This document shows, in pieces, positions 51,501 to 62,538 of a DNA stretch of 64,000 nucleotides. Source of the DNA: Antedon mediterranea (lineage: Eukaryota > Animalia > Echinodermata). Under the pieces are notes generated by a model that saw only the letters and a list, made by a program, of their open reading frames with translations, was not told where the DNA came from and ran no database searches. The stretch lies in the NCBI RefSeq assembly GCF_964355755.1, contig NC_092674.1, positions 16,988,001 to 17,052,000 on the forward strand. Direction: 5' to 3'. Position numbers and translations under genes: made by a program. Position 1 is the first letter of the stretch. Each line of letters starts with the position of its first letter.

Positions 51501-52564
51501 GAAGTCATGTCTGGTGGCCCCAGATAGATTCCGACATTGAACGATTGGTGAAGCAATGTCAAGCATGTCACCAAACACAAAGTCGACCAAGCGTAGCACC
51601 AATGATGCCCTGGATCTGGCCAAATCAGCCTTGGACACGAATACATATTGACTATGCGCAGAAAGATAAACGAGATTATCTAGTAGTGGTTGACTCATAT
51701 TCGAAATGGCCAGAAGTCGTTCAGATGAACAGTACGACGAGTGCAGCGACCATCAAAGCGATGAGAGAGTTGTTCAGTAGATACGGATTGCCTGTTCAAC
51801 TTGTAAGCGATAATGGACCTCAGTTTGTTAGCGACGAATTTGAATTCTTCTTAAAGCAAAACGGGGTGAAACATGTAAAGGTTGCACCTTATCACGCCGC
51901 AAGCAACGGAGCAGCAGAACGAATGGTTCAATCTTTCAAAAGATCGTTAGCGGCAAGCCGAGCTAATGGGAAGGATTTCCAACAATGTTTGGACAGATTT
52001 CTTTTATCGTATCGCACAACAAAACACGCAACTACGGGACAAACGCCAGCGAAGTTATTCATGGGCCGTGAGTTAAGAACGCGAGTATCACTTTTACATC
52101 CCAGTACAGAAAACAAGGTACTTAACAAGCAGAGTGATCAGAAGCTTCATCACGACAAAACGAAAGATCTACGAGAATTTTACCCAGGTGAAATGGTATT
52201 AGTGAAAGATTTCCGACAAGAGGGAAAGTGGTGGCCAGGTACCGTGATAGAACGTACCGCTCCAAAATCATACGTAATTAGTGTTGAGGATGGCCGAGTG
52301 TGGAAAAGACACATTGACCAGTTGAAAGCGACAGACGCGGACGCTTACGCGAGTAAAACCCCTACTTCACATAGCGAGTTGGAACACAAGATTAAACAGA
52401 CAGTACCAATAACGATTGCGAGCGAAACGATTGCGAACAAAGAGCAAACATCCACCAACCAACCGGTTGAAGAGGAACATAGATTGTCTTCATCGCCTGA
52501 GGTTATTCCACGACGCTCCACGCGACTTCGAAGGAAGCCAACACGACTTATCGAAGAGATATAG
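48578..52564 (+). CDS. Gag-Pol polyprotein (two CCHC, protease, RT, RNase H, integrase), 1328 aa
   Basis: Single open frame: CDRCGMNNHTRDTC, CFKCNKQGHLKSEC, VDTGA, LPFG, IMDD, YTDAS, TDHKPL, ADALSR, SDNGPQF, SNGAAER. Confidence 0.97.
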   Translation: MAAADTRILFEEFNVQDGDIDTYVDRLEQYFVALDINDGGKKRAILMSSLGETGYTTIRDLCFPDKPSTKSYDTLTTKLKEHYKPTRITISERFIFRNVKQTPGQTISQFVSHLKKKAIHCGFEGEALENALRDQFVCGLISQSIQKKLLTKNHTFKEATDIAIASEAATANMKSMSHDVDKPINHVTSNSRKSTKTYQASKQTRTQKCDRCGMNNHTRDTCKYKNATCFKCNKQGHLKSECRQSSKSTKQYKPKSIKQVEAPDYDEGNDDFVDTMFCVGIKQDNSVPPITVQMRVDDIDIDFEVDTGAAVSIISFDDYESKLSHLPLKSVKRTLHAYTGTKFDIAGEIKVTVNYRGESNVLPLIVVRTQRRNSPPLLGRTWLEVIKLDWKSLFPPSLAQNSVEIDNDVGQSFKRKFPEVFRTELGTVQGHKATLHLKVNAIPKFCKARNVPFALRSAVEVELDRMQNEGVIYPVDFSQWATPLVCIPKADGRVRVCGDYKVTVNPSLNCDQYPIPTPEEVFTKLGGGKRFFKIDLKCAYQQLVLEDEAQELVTINTHRGLYRYTRLPFGISSSPAIWQRFIEQVIAGLKGTCAIMDDVLVTGASDKEHISNLEKLFERFNKYGLRVKAEKCAFVQKEVVYMGRKLSAAGIQPTNDKVKAIKDARAPQNATELRSWLGLVNYHASFIPRLSTMIHPLNELLGSKPWSWTVDCSKAFNAVKRIISEDMMLTHYDPLKPLELYTDASPYGVGAVICHVNENNIKTPIAYASRSLHKHEKGYAQLDKEALSIMFGLQRFRTYLYGRKFTIRTDHKPLERILGPKSAIPTLAAQRLQRWAIVLSAFEYDLKFIPGKQNVIADALSRLPMPYEGREDDAVYNIAGHTLDNLPVTSTNVQQHTRKDPLLSKVLYMVQTGLWQSENDDDLKPFLHRRDELSVEQDCLLWGYRVVIPPKLRGAVLEELHCAHPGIVRMKEIARSHVWWPQIDSDIERLVKQCQACHQTQSRPSVAPMMPWIWPNQPWTRIHIDYAQKDKRDYLVVVDSYSKWPEVVQMNSTTSAATIKAMRELFSRYGLPVQLVSDNGPQFVSDEFEFFLKQNGVKHVKVAPYHAASNGAAERMVQSFKRSLAASRANGKDFQQCLDRFLLSYRTTKHATTGQTPAKLFMGRELRTRVSLLHPSTENKVLNKQSDQKLHHDKTKDLREFYPGEMVLVKDFRQEGKWWPGTVIERTAPKSYVISVEDGRVWKRHIDQLKATDADAYASKTPTSHSELEHKIKQTVPITIASETIANKEQTSTNQPVEEEHRLSSSPEVIPRRSTRLRRKPTRLIEEI

Positions 52565-52807
52565 AACTTGTGAACAATGTTATTATTATGAACGTTAAAG
52601 TTATGTTGTTCATGTTTTTACACAAAATTATAATGGTGAGAATTACTCACATTTGTTAATTATTATGAGGAACCAAATAAGAACTATCTGGAACTATAGA
52701 AGCAGTAATTTAATCACGATGATTAACCTATTTGATTAACAAAATAATTAACGAAAGTTTATTGTGCTTATTGATATAATGTTAACGTTAAAATAAGAAA
52801 GGAGGAG

Positions 52808-52982
52808 TGTAGTATATGCACGCGCACATATAATATATGCGTACTGCGCATATGGTCGGACGAGGTTAGCCTACAAAACGTTCTATACTATTGTTCATAA
52901 CTACTAGTTGGTTTCATTAAATACGTTCATTATTATACTCATCTCAACGTACTTATTAATTTGTCTACGACGATACACGACA
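52808..52982 (+). repeat. 3' LTR of intact Gypsy
   Basis: Identical to 48228-48402. Confidence 0.95.
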
Positions 52983-53559
52983 AGCCCTTCATCAGTACAA
53001 GTGAAGGAATTTGGATAACGTCATAGTATAAGAGCTGGCAAGTGTTGCCTGGGTGGACAAGAATAAAAGAAATACAACAAAAGGAGGCAGAGTGGAGTCT
53101 GAATAAGAGCAGAAACAAAGAAGGTAGCTTGGTAGAGATATAAACAATTTTGTAATAAATTAATCATGATTATGTATTATTTATACTGTTGACCTATTGT
53201 ATCTTTATACTTTTATTCAATTGTTTTTTAGTTTTATTTTCTATATAAGTATTTTTTTTTCTGTCAGACATTTTGGGATACCACTAGGTTAGATATATAT
53301 AAGAAATTACCAACATTTCACTGTTCTTTGATATGACTGGTGATATTCGTCAACACGATACGCCTTACGAATATGAAATGGGGATCAGCTCAAAAGTTTC
53401 GAAAATGTGTGACGTATCCGTTTTCGTTATCGTATTCGTATGGGTGCGAAACTCTGCTACTACTACTACATATACTACGGGGCGCCGTTTGGGACATTGC
53501 TAATTTTGTCGAAATATTACAATTTTGTCTACACATAATTAATTCTGTACAAATTTACA

Positions 53560-53941
53560 AAATTCATTTTGTAAACACAAAATTCATTTTGTGTTGACAA
53601 CATTTATTCTGTGTGGACAAAATTCATTTTGTCTCGACAAAATTAATTCTGTGTAAACAAAATTCATTCTGTGTAGACAAAATTAATTCTGTGTTGACAA
53701 AATTAATTCTGTGTTGACAAAATTAATTCTGGGTAGACAAAATTAATTCTGGGTAGACAAAATTCATTTTGTGGCGACAAAATTCATTCTGTAACGACAA
53801 AATTCATTTTGTGTAGACAAAATTAATTATGTGTAGACAAAATTCATTCTGTGTATTCTGTGTAGACAAAATTTATTCTGTGTAGACAAAATTCATTCTG
53901 TGTAGACAAAATTCATTTTGTCGCGACAAAATGAATTTTGT
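53560..53941 (+). repeat. 20-bp minisatellite (ACAAAATTCATTCTGTGTAG), left arm
   Basis: Tandem copies directly visible. Confidence 0.9.
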
Positions 53942-54981
53942 TAGCCTAGCCTACTCAAGCGTGGGACAAAACGTTTTTTAAAACATTTTGTCCCATGCTT
54001 GAGTAGGCTCGGTTTTAACATTTAAATTAGAAGGCGGAGTTTAAACGTGAAAAGGGCAAGACAGGGTGAAGCTATAAATGATGACAGCGCGCGAATCGTT
54101 GACATTTGTTATTGGTTCAGTTATTATGGCTGAGCATGCCTCCGTCTCTATTGCTACCATATTAATCTATTTTATATCAGGGACCCCTGAAAATATCAGA
54201 TATGATCAGTATTCATACTTTGACAATTTAATATCCACGTCGTCAGTAATAATTATTATTATAATGTATTCTATATTAAAAAATCGGAAAATGGTTTTTA
54301 TAGAGCCCTGCTTAATTATTACTTAAGTAAAATTGTAGTAATGGGGCTATTTAATATTTTGTTGTTTAAAATATTATTTATTAATCTTATAAAATGTATA
54401 TACTTTATTTTAAAATTAAAGATGTATTGTCTCCCAAAATCATGAAAAATAAAGATTTTTAAAATCGGACTTTGAATAGGCCATTATGCAGTTTTAATGA
54501 AGTTGTTCACTTCCATAAGAAAAAAGAACGGGGAAAAAATTATTTCACCTATAAAAAGACAAAATAAACAGTTAAATTACCCAAAAACTCAGGCTTCCAG
54601 ACAATTTGACCTTTTTTTGCTTTAAATTACATTTTTTTCAGGTAAATAATTTTTTTTCAGACCCAATTCTTTGTGAAAGTGAATAACTATTATGTGACAT
54701 TAAAATAACATATTCAACAAAAAGATTAAAAAAAAACATTTTTTTCAGGGGACAATCTTTAAGATAATAATAATCATTGCAGAAACAATGATGCTGAAAG
54801 CTGTCCGTTATTTGAAAATAAAACATTTAAAGAACTGACTACAAAAGATTGCTCACGTTAGTTTTATTATAACAGTCATCCACCCTGCGAAACCTAATAA
54901 CCTTTAACCTACAGTAGTAAGTAGGCCTAGGCCAGGTAGCCTACGTTGGCTAGGTTCAGGACTGATTGCCCATAAAACATT

Positions 54982-55212
54982 CGATGTATAAATATCAACA
55001 CCTCAGACAGTGTAATAATGACCTTTCCAGACCGAAAACCATTCTGGTTTGACTGAGGGTCTGGGCTTCTCCAAGATTACGCAAGTTGTCTAGGACCTTT
55101 CCAGGTAAAGCTTCAATAATGGGGCTATTGGATTCGATTCGAACATACGATGTATAAATATCAACACTCCAGACAGTGTAATAATGACCTTTCCAGACCG
55201 AAAACCATTCTG
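54982..55212 (+). repeat. ~65-bp direct repeat pair
   Basis: CGATGTATAAATATCAACAC...GAAAACCATTCTG at 54982-55046 and 55148-55212. Confidence 0.8.
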
Positions 55213-56411
55213 CCCGAAATTACGATACTCTCTCGATACAACTCCATATTTTATTAGTGGAAAATGCATTTTTATTTAACATCAATCTTATCCAGCCAGC
55301 CAAAGACTGAATACGTACATTAAAAGTACAAAGAACAATGTACACCTATAAACAATTATTTGCAATTAGCAATGTATAATAAATAAAATCAACCACGGAG
55401 AAGGTGGAAAGGTTATATACACTGCCATGGGAATGGATACTTGAGAGGCGCCATATGTCAGTTGTGTGAACACCCATATAACTATTTGGTCAAAGTTGAA
55501 TTATATCTTTCGAGGGTAAATATATAATAATATGCAACCGAGAGTAAAATTAATAGTTAAACGTAAATTTGAAATTAAATTTAACCTTTTAACGACAATT
55601 TGCAATATCATAATCTATGGCGTACCAAACTGTCATTTATTTAGGCAACTAAAATATCTTAGTTTTTAATAGATGTAGTTAGTTTACAATATAGATCTTA
55701 GGTTCCAATAGAGATATATCCCTGTTTATAACCAAGATATCTTTTCAATAAAGATATCTCTATTATTCCAATTAGAGACAATTAATATATGTCTTAAGAG
55801 ATATATCATAGTTTTGTTCCCTTGAGTTAGACCTATTAGCAATTTAGTATTCCTATCAAATAAACTTGGTAGGCCTATATAGACGACGCAATTCCCATAA
55901 GAATAAATAGGCCTATACTAACTATTATATTAAAATAAATGTATTAACTAAAATCATTTCATTACTACTCAACTTATCAGATGTTATCGTAAATAGTGTT
56001 GTCATTTTCTTAATCAATATTATCGGTATCGATATAAATCTTCAACCATCAAAATTGGTAGGCATATAGGGCTACGTGTTCCGTTTTGCTGAATCGGAAT
56101 TAATTTTAAGTATACAATAATATTGTTATACGTCAGTATAAACTGTACTTGTACTCGACGCAAAGTATTCAAGTTCCATAATAGACTGTTGCTTAATTAG
56201 TTTGCTTTTACTCACGGTAGATAAATTAATTTAAATTCCTTTACCTATTAACAATTTGTTGGCACCGGTGTAGAGGAGGTCGTAAAATGATATTCGCGCG
56301 CTGTTTGATCGTAAGCCTATAACTGTCAATCTTCGAGTTTCCAATAACAACCCCGCCTTCTAATTTAAATGTTAAAACGTTTTGTCCCACGCTTGAGTAG
56401 GCTCGGCTAAA

Positions 56412-56709
56412 AAAATGAATTTTGTCGCGACAAAATGAATTTTGTTGCAACAAAATGAATTTTGTCTACACAATATGAATTTTGTCTACACAGAATGAAT
56501 TTTGTCTACACAGAATACATTTTGTCGCCACAAAATGAATGTTGTCCACACAGAATTAATTTTGTCCACACAGAATTAATTTTGTCTACACAAAATGAAT
56601 TTTGTCGTTACAGAAAGAATTTTGTCGCCACAAAATGAATTTTGTCGTTACAGAATGAATTTTGTCTACACAGAATTAATTTTGTCTACACAGAATGAAT
56701 TTTGTTTAC
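56412..56709 (-). repeat. Same 20-bp minisatellite inverted, right arm
   Basis: (CTACACAGAATGAATTTTGT)n, stopping at the LTR start at 56710. Confidence 0.9.
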
Positions 56710-56902
56710 TGTTATGGGCTCGCTCGTTAGGCTGAAACCAACAATAAGAATATAACAAAACACGTTGTAGTTGTCATCCATCTTTATTCATCTCCCCTCT
56801 TTTACTCTAGAGGGCTCACTTCCGTGTGACAAACCATACATCACACACCCCCACTTAAAGAAAGTTTGATATGATTAAACTTATAACTGTTTACTATAAC
56901 TA

Positions 56903-59634
56903 CTCTAGTAGCTAGGCCTAGATCAACTTTCGTATGCACTTTGAGGTCCAGAGAATTTGACTTCAGAAATTGGTTTAGGGTCGTCAAACAATCATTTTTT
57001 GCTTGGTTACACATTTTGAAAATGTGGCGAAAGGTCAAAAGGTCAGGGTGAAAAGTCATAAGACCAAACACCAATATGTCCTTAAATCTCAACAACCACT
57101 GGTCACAGTGAGATAATTTTGGTCTTAAATTAATCCCAAGGTATACATTTATATTCAGTCTAATGGGCCATTTTAGTAAAAAATTCCCGGAAATGCCATT
57201 TCTGACCTTTGACCCACAATCCAGGGCATGTATGTATCTCCGTAACTACTGGTCGTAGATACTTGAATTTGATTTTAAATTGTTCGAAATATATATTTTG
57301 TTATTTGTTACACATTTTGAAAAATGTTACAAAAGGTCAAAGGGTCAGGGTCAAGGGTTATATGAACAAATAAAAAAGGTACTTGTATCTCGGCAATTTT
57401 GGTCTCAAAATGTTCAGAAGGCATGCATTTATATTCCGTCTAATGGGGCATTTTAGTCAAAAATGATCAGAAATGCCATTTCTGACCTTTGACCCACATA
57501 CCAGGGCATCTTCATATCTCTGTAAGTACTGGTCAGAGAAACTTAAATTTGGTATCAAATTGTTCAAAATATACATAATTACATTAATTGTAATAGAAAA
57601 TGTGGTTAAAAGATGAACAGAAATACTATTACTAATGTTTCAAACAAAAAACATATCTCTACACAACTTATCCTTAGACAGTAACGTTATGCAATGACTG
57701 ATACGTTAAATTGTTCAATTTCAAGTACTAGTTATTGCTGTCTCCAACGACATTTTGATAGTAACGTCAAGCTCAACAGTTCTTTTCAGAATGCTAGAAG
57801 TAACTTGCCATATGTATCCGATTAAACGCCCCAGGCATTTATTGTTCAAAAGGGTTTTTAGGGGGAGGGCAGGCATCTTTATTTGGGGTATAATATGATA
57901 ACATGTATAATCAAATAAATACCACCTAGATGTAAAAAAATACAGCACAATTAATATCAAAAACTGATAAAATTATGTCAAAATGCTTGGTAAATTGTAG
58001 ATTATGGTAGCATGGTAGTATGGTATTATGAAATGTGTTGTGATACAATTATTGTGTAAATACATGAGGTTCTATTGGAGGAAATGATGACGTTTATTTG
58101 AGGGAGGCTTTTATTCAAAGCGGGTGTTTATTCGAATAAATACTCTAATTTTAATAATTATAATTCGTTTCGCAACTGATAAAAAGTACTTCATATGATT
58201 CGTTTTCCTCTTTATGCTTTTTAACGAAATGTTTCTGTCTTTAAGAATAACACTGACACTGTCATAGATTCCATTAAATGGATCTTCTCCTCCAGGTGCC
58301 AGTATAATGATATAAAACAATGACACATCATTATCCTGACACGATTGCACTCATAATGGATCTTCATTCTATGATCTGTTTGTTTGTGACTAAAATTTGA
58401 CAACAATCTTTTGCATATTTTTAAATGCCAATACATAGTTTCATTACTATTGTACAATATGTCCAGCTTTCCTGAAAATACCCTTGTGTACTGTAGTACA
58501 GTGTTGTAGTATGATTTTATCATAACTTCTGATGCTTTTATTGTCAATGCATTCAGTACCTAAAACATGTCAAAGTTTCTAGTGGTATTGATAATAAATC
58601 TCCAGAAATGTATATTGTTTTATTATCTACACTTGGAACAGACGTGTATATGTATAAGTTTTGTCGATGACATTCAAAAATATTATGCAACAGTGTTACG
58701 GAAAAATGACAATGAATTGGTCTATTATAGTTGTCTCTGATACCTTTTATTACATGATTGTACTTGCACCAGGATAGAATAAGGTTTAATCCAGTTATTA
58801 TTCTTATTATTATTTTTTTTTATATCTGGGGTGTATTTATTTGATTATACATGTTACCAATATTACACCCAAACAAAATAAACGCTTTTCGTGAATAAAT
58901 AAATGCCCGGGGCTACGGTAAGTTACTTCTAGCATTCATTTTCTGTTAGAATGAATGTAAATATGTGTATTTCTAACAATTTGATACCAAATTTAAGTTT
59001 CTACGACCAGTACTTACAGAGATATGAAGATGCCATGATATGTGGGTCAAAGGTCAGAAATGGCATTTATGATAATTTTTGACTACAATTTCCCATTAGA
59101 TTGAATATGAATGCATGCCTTCTGAACATTTTGAGACTAAAATTTACTTGCTGCGACGAGTGGTTGCCGAGATACAAGTATCTATTTGTATTTATATAAC
59201 CCTTGACCCTGACCCTTTGACCTTTTGTAACATTTTTAAAAATGTGCAACAAATAACAAAATGTTTATTTCGAACAATTTAAGACCATACTAAATTGTCT
59301 ACGACCAGTAGTTACGGAGATACATGCATACCCTGGGGTGTGGGTCAAAGGTCAGAAATGGAATTTCCGGTCATTTTTGACTAAAATGTCCCATTAGACT
59401 GAATATAAATGTATACCTTCTGATCAATTTGAGACGAAAATTACCTCGCTGTGACCAGTGGTTGTCGAGATTTAAGGACCTATTGGTGTTTAGTTTTATA
59501 ACTTTTCACCTTTCGCCACATTTTCAAAATGTCTAACCAAGCCAATAATGATTGTTTGACCATCCTAAACCAATTTCTGAAGTCAAATTCTCTGGACCTC
59601 AAAGTGCATACGAAAGTTGATCTAGCTACTAGAG
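56903..59634. mobile_element. Non-autonomous long-TIR DNA transposon with TA TSD (Tc1/mariner-like) in the Gmr1 3' UTR
   Basis: TA|CTCTAGTAGCTAG ... CTAGCTACTAGAG|TA. Arms 56903-~57940 and ~58815-59634 are inverted matches with ~280-300-bp subrepeats. Confidence 0.82.
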
Positions 59635-59847
59635 TAAACATCTTAAATCTTTTCTTTCACAGTAGTTATTTTAACAGGTCGTTGATATGAATTTACTTCA
59701 ACTGCTTCTTTAAAATTTCACAAGTTATAATTACTTTAAATCCGTGTATGCCATTAATTCATCACTCTATCACAACTAACATATTATAATTAAATAAACG
59801 CTTTAAAAATCAACAAAACTTTTAAAATCATTTCATGCATGTTTTAT

Positions 59848-62538
59848 CTAAACTCTTGACAAAGCGTCAGCTACAACATTGTCTTTTCCTCTGATATGAT
59901 GAATTTCCAGATTCATTTCTTGAACTGCTAAACTCCATCTCAACAAGCGTTGATTCTTGTCTTTCATTCTTGCCAAGAACATTAATGGGTTGCTGTCAGT
60001 CCAAACTATAATTGGAAACGGAGTAGATCCAAGATACACTTCAAAGTGCTTTAACGCTGACATCAAAGCTAATGTCTCCTTCTCAACAGTAGAAAAACGC
60101 TTCTCATGCTGGTTGAATTTTTTCGAGTAGAAACACACAGGCTTGTCAACACAATTCTCGTCTGTTTGCGCCAACACAGCACCAGAACCAACATCACTGG
60201 CATCAATCATTAACGAGAACTGTTTATCAAATTGTGGAGCCATCAACACCGGTTCGTTTGATAACATCGCTTTAACTTTAATGAACGCATTATTGCATTC
60301 CTCCAACCACACAAAGCTCGCATTCTTTTTCAGCAGATTCGTTAATGGAGCTACAAGCGTGGAGAAACTTCTGCAAAAACGTCGATAAAACCCAGCCATT
60401 CCCAGGAAACGCATTTACTCCTGCTTACTCTTTGGAACTGGGAAATCACAGACTGCCTTAATCTTAGCACTTAATGGTTTCACTTTTCCGCAACCAACTT
60501 TATGACCTAAGAACACAATTTCTGCACAGGAAAACTCACTTTTCACCAAATTTACTGTCAACTTTGCAGCTGCTAACCTGTCAAAATATGCCTTAATTCT
60601 CTGCACATGGACATCCCATGTATCACTATAAACAACCAAATCGTCTATATAAGCTTCACAGCCCTCCAACCCTGAAATTATACCATTAACCAATCTCTGG
60701 AACGTGGCTGGTGCATTCTTTAAACCGAAAGGCATGACTTTATACTGATAAAGACCCATAGGAGTTACAAAAGCTGACACTTCTTTCGCACGCTCTGTTA
60801 AAGGAATTTGCCAGTAACCCTTTAGAAGATCAAATTTACTGACAAACTTAGCACTACCCACACGATCAATACAGTCGTCTATCCTCGGTATGGGATATGA
60901 ATCTGTAGTAGATTTAGCATTAACCTTCCGATAATCAGTACAAAAACGATACGATTTATCTGGCTTCGGAACTAATATACATGGAGAACTCCAAGCACTG
61001 CAACTAGGCTCGATTATATTATTCTTAATCATGTAATCAATCTCATTTTGTAATACCCTGTATCTTCATCTTGAACGGATTTGCTCTATATGGATTTTGT
61101 TTTATTGGTGAACAATCAGCTGTCTTAACGTCATGCTCCACTAAGTTCGTTTGACCTGGAACATCCGAAAACAACTGCAGATTTCCAAATATCAAACTAA
61201 CAATTTCAACCTTACGATCACGAGATAAATGACCAACTTTGTCTTCAATGTTTGCAAGGACATCTGAATTACTGAACTTAACACATGTATCAGGATCCCC
61301 AAACTCTTTAGAATTATCTTCAACAACACACGTAACTGGTGTTGACGTACAGGTATTACTATTATTTCTCGCTGTGTATGGTTTCAACATGTTTATATGA
61401 AACAGTCGCTTCTTCTTACGCCTATCTGGAGTATCTAACACATAGTCAACTTCTCCTACTCTTTCTAATACTTTGTAAGGACCAGCAAATCTTGCAGATA
61501 ATGGCTGACTGGGAAGAGGCAACATAACTAACACTTCATCACCTGAACTAAAGCTTCTCTTTTCTGATTTCCTATCAAACAATCTCTTCATTTTACCCTG
61601 AGCCTTCACAAGATTCTTTCTAGCCATCTCACGAGCACGATTTAATCGATCACGAAATTCAGACACATAATCTAGTATCGATACAGACTCTTCTGCATTC
61701 CCTAACAGCCTTTCTTTGACTATTTTAAGAGGGCCTCGGACCGAATGACCATACACCAACTCAAATGGGCTAAACCCTAAGGACTCTTGCACTATTTCAC
61801 GAACAGCGAATAACAATAAGGGAACTCCCTCATCCCATTCATTTTCACATTGAAAACAATGGGTTTTAAGCATATTCTTAAGTGTTTGATGAAATCTCTC
61901 AAGTGCCCCTTGAGACTGTGGATGGTAAGCACTTGAACTTATATGGGCAACACCTAACTGCTCTAAGACTTGTTTAAATATCTTTGACATGAAGTTTGAT
62001 CCTTGATCGGACTGAACAGCTTTAGGCAATCCTACCCATGTAAAGAATTTTACCAATGCTTTAACAACATTCTTAGCTGTAATACGCTTAAGAGGAATCG
62101 CTTCTGGAAACCTACTTGATGCACACATTATTGTTAATAGATACTCATTTCCATTTTTAGTACGTGGTAATGGTCCCACACAATCAACAATAACTCTTGA
62201 AAATGGTTCACCGAATGCAGGAATAGGCTTAAGTGGGGCTACTGGAACCTTTTGATTAGGCTTCCCCACTACCTGACACGCATGACAGGATTTACAATAG
62301 TTAGACACATCTTTTCTAAGACCTGGCCAAAAGAAATGCCTGAGAATTTTGTCTACCGTTTTATTGACACCTAAATGACCTGAAAGAGGATCATCATGCG
62401 CAATACCAATAATATCCTGACGGTATCTACTAGGAATAACTATCTGGTGAATCTCATTCCAAACATCACTACTTGGAATATCTGGTGGCCTCCACTTACG
62501 CATAAGTATGCCATCCTTTATATAATAACAAACAGGAA
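59848..62538 (-). pseudogene. pol: Gmr1 pol: integrase, RT, RNase H (stop and frameshift between ORFs)
   Basis: INT: HDDPLSGHLG, CHAC, VDCVGP, SDQGSNF, GALERF, GPY. RT: FCTDYRKVN, MPFGL, YIDD. RH: IDAS, TDSNPL, ADALSR. Confidence 0.93.

Larger units (their letters stand above)
48228..52982 (+). mobile_element. Intact Gypsy (Mag-like) LTR retrotransposon, 4755 bp
   Basis: Identical 175-bp LTRs; TSD AGCCC (48223-48227, 52983-52987); PBS TGGCGACGAGGA (tRNA-Ser GCU-like) at 48404; PPT AAGAAAGGAGGAG. Confidence 0.97.
47928..53330 (-). repeat. Copy 2 of the hammerhead-bearing segment, split by the intact Gypsy
   Basis: Flanked by 17-bp direct repeat ATATGACTGGTGATATT at 47911-47927 and 53331-53347. 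Confidence 0.8.
47556..53458. mobile_element. Probable MITE (~480 bp net, Harbinger-like) hosting copy 2 of the hammerhead segment
   Basis: Imperfect inverted ends GTTTCGCA..TACGAATACG..AAAACGGATACGTCAC at ~47556-47602 and ~53405-53458. Flanks AAT and ACT do not match exactly. Confidence 0.5.
53478..56709. mobile_element. Foldback-type non-autonomous DNA transposon with minisatellite-containing long TIRs; right arm cut by the Gmr1 insertion
   Basis: 53560-54040 is an inverted match of 56350-56709. Probable left end TA|CGGGGCGCCGTTTGGGAC. Right terminus not in window. Confidence 0.65.

Noticed and set aside
48472-52598. Antisense and overlapping ORFs within the intact Gypsy
   Set aside because: Shadow frames of the long gag-pol ORF with no independent motifs.
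55260-55520. Possible captured host exons on the minus strand
   Set aside because: Only splice-like dinucleotides and an AATAAA; no recognisable protein.
58111-58547. Transposase remnant in the centre of the TA-flanked element
   Set aside because: No DDE or HTH motif recognisable in the short ORFs; a profile search would be needed.
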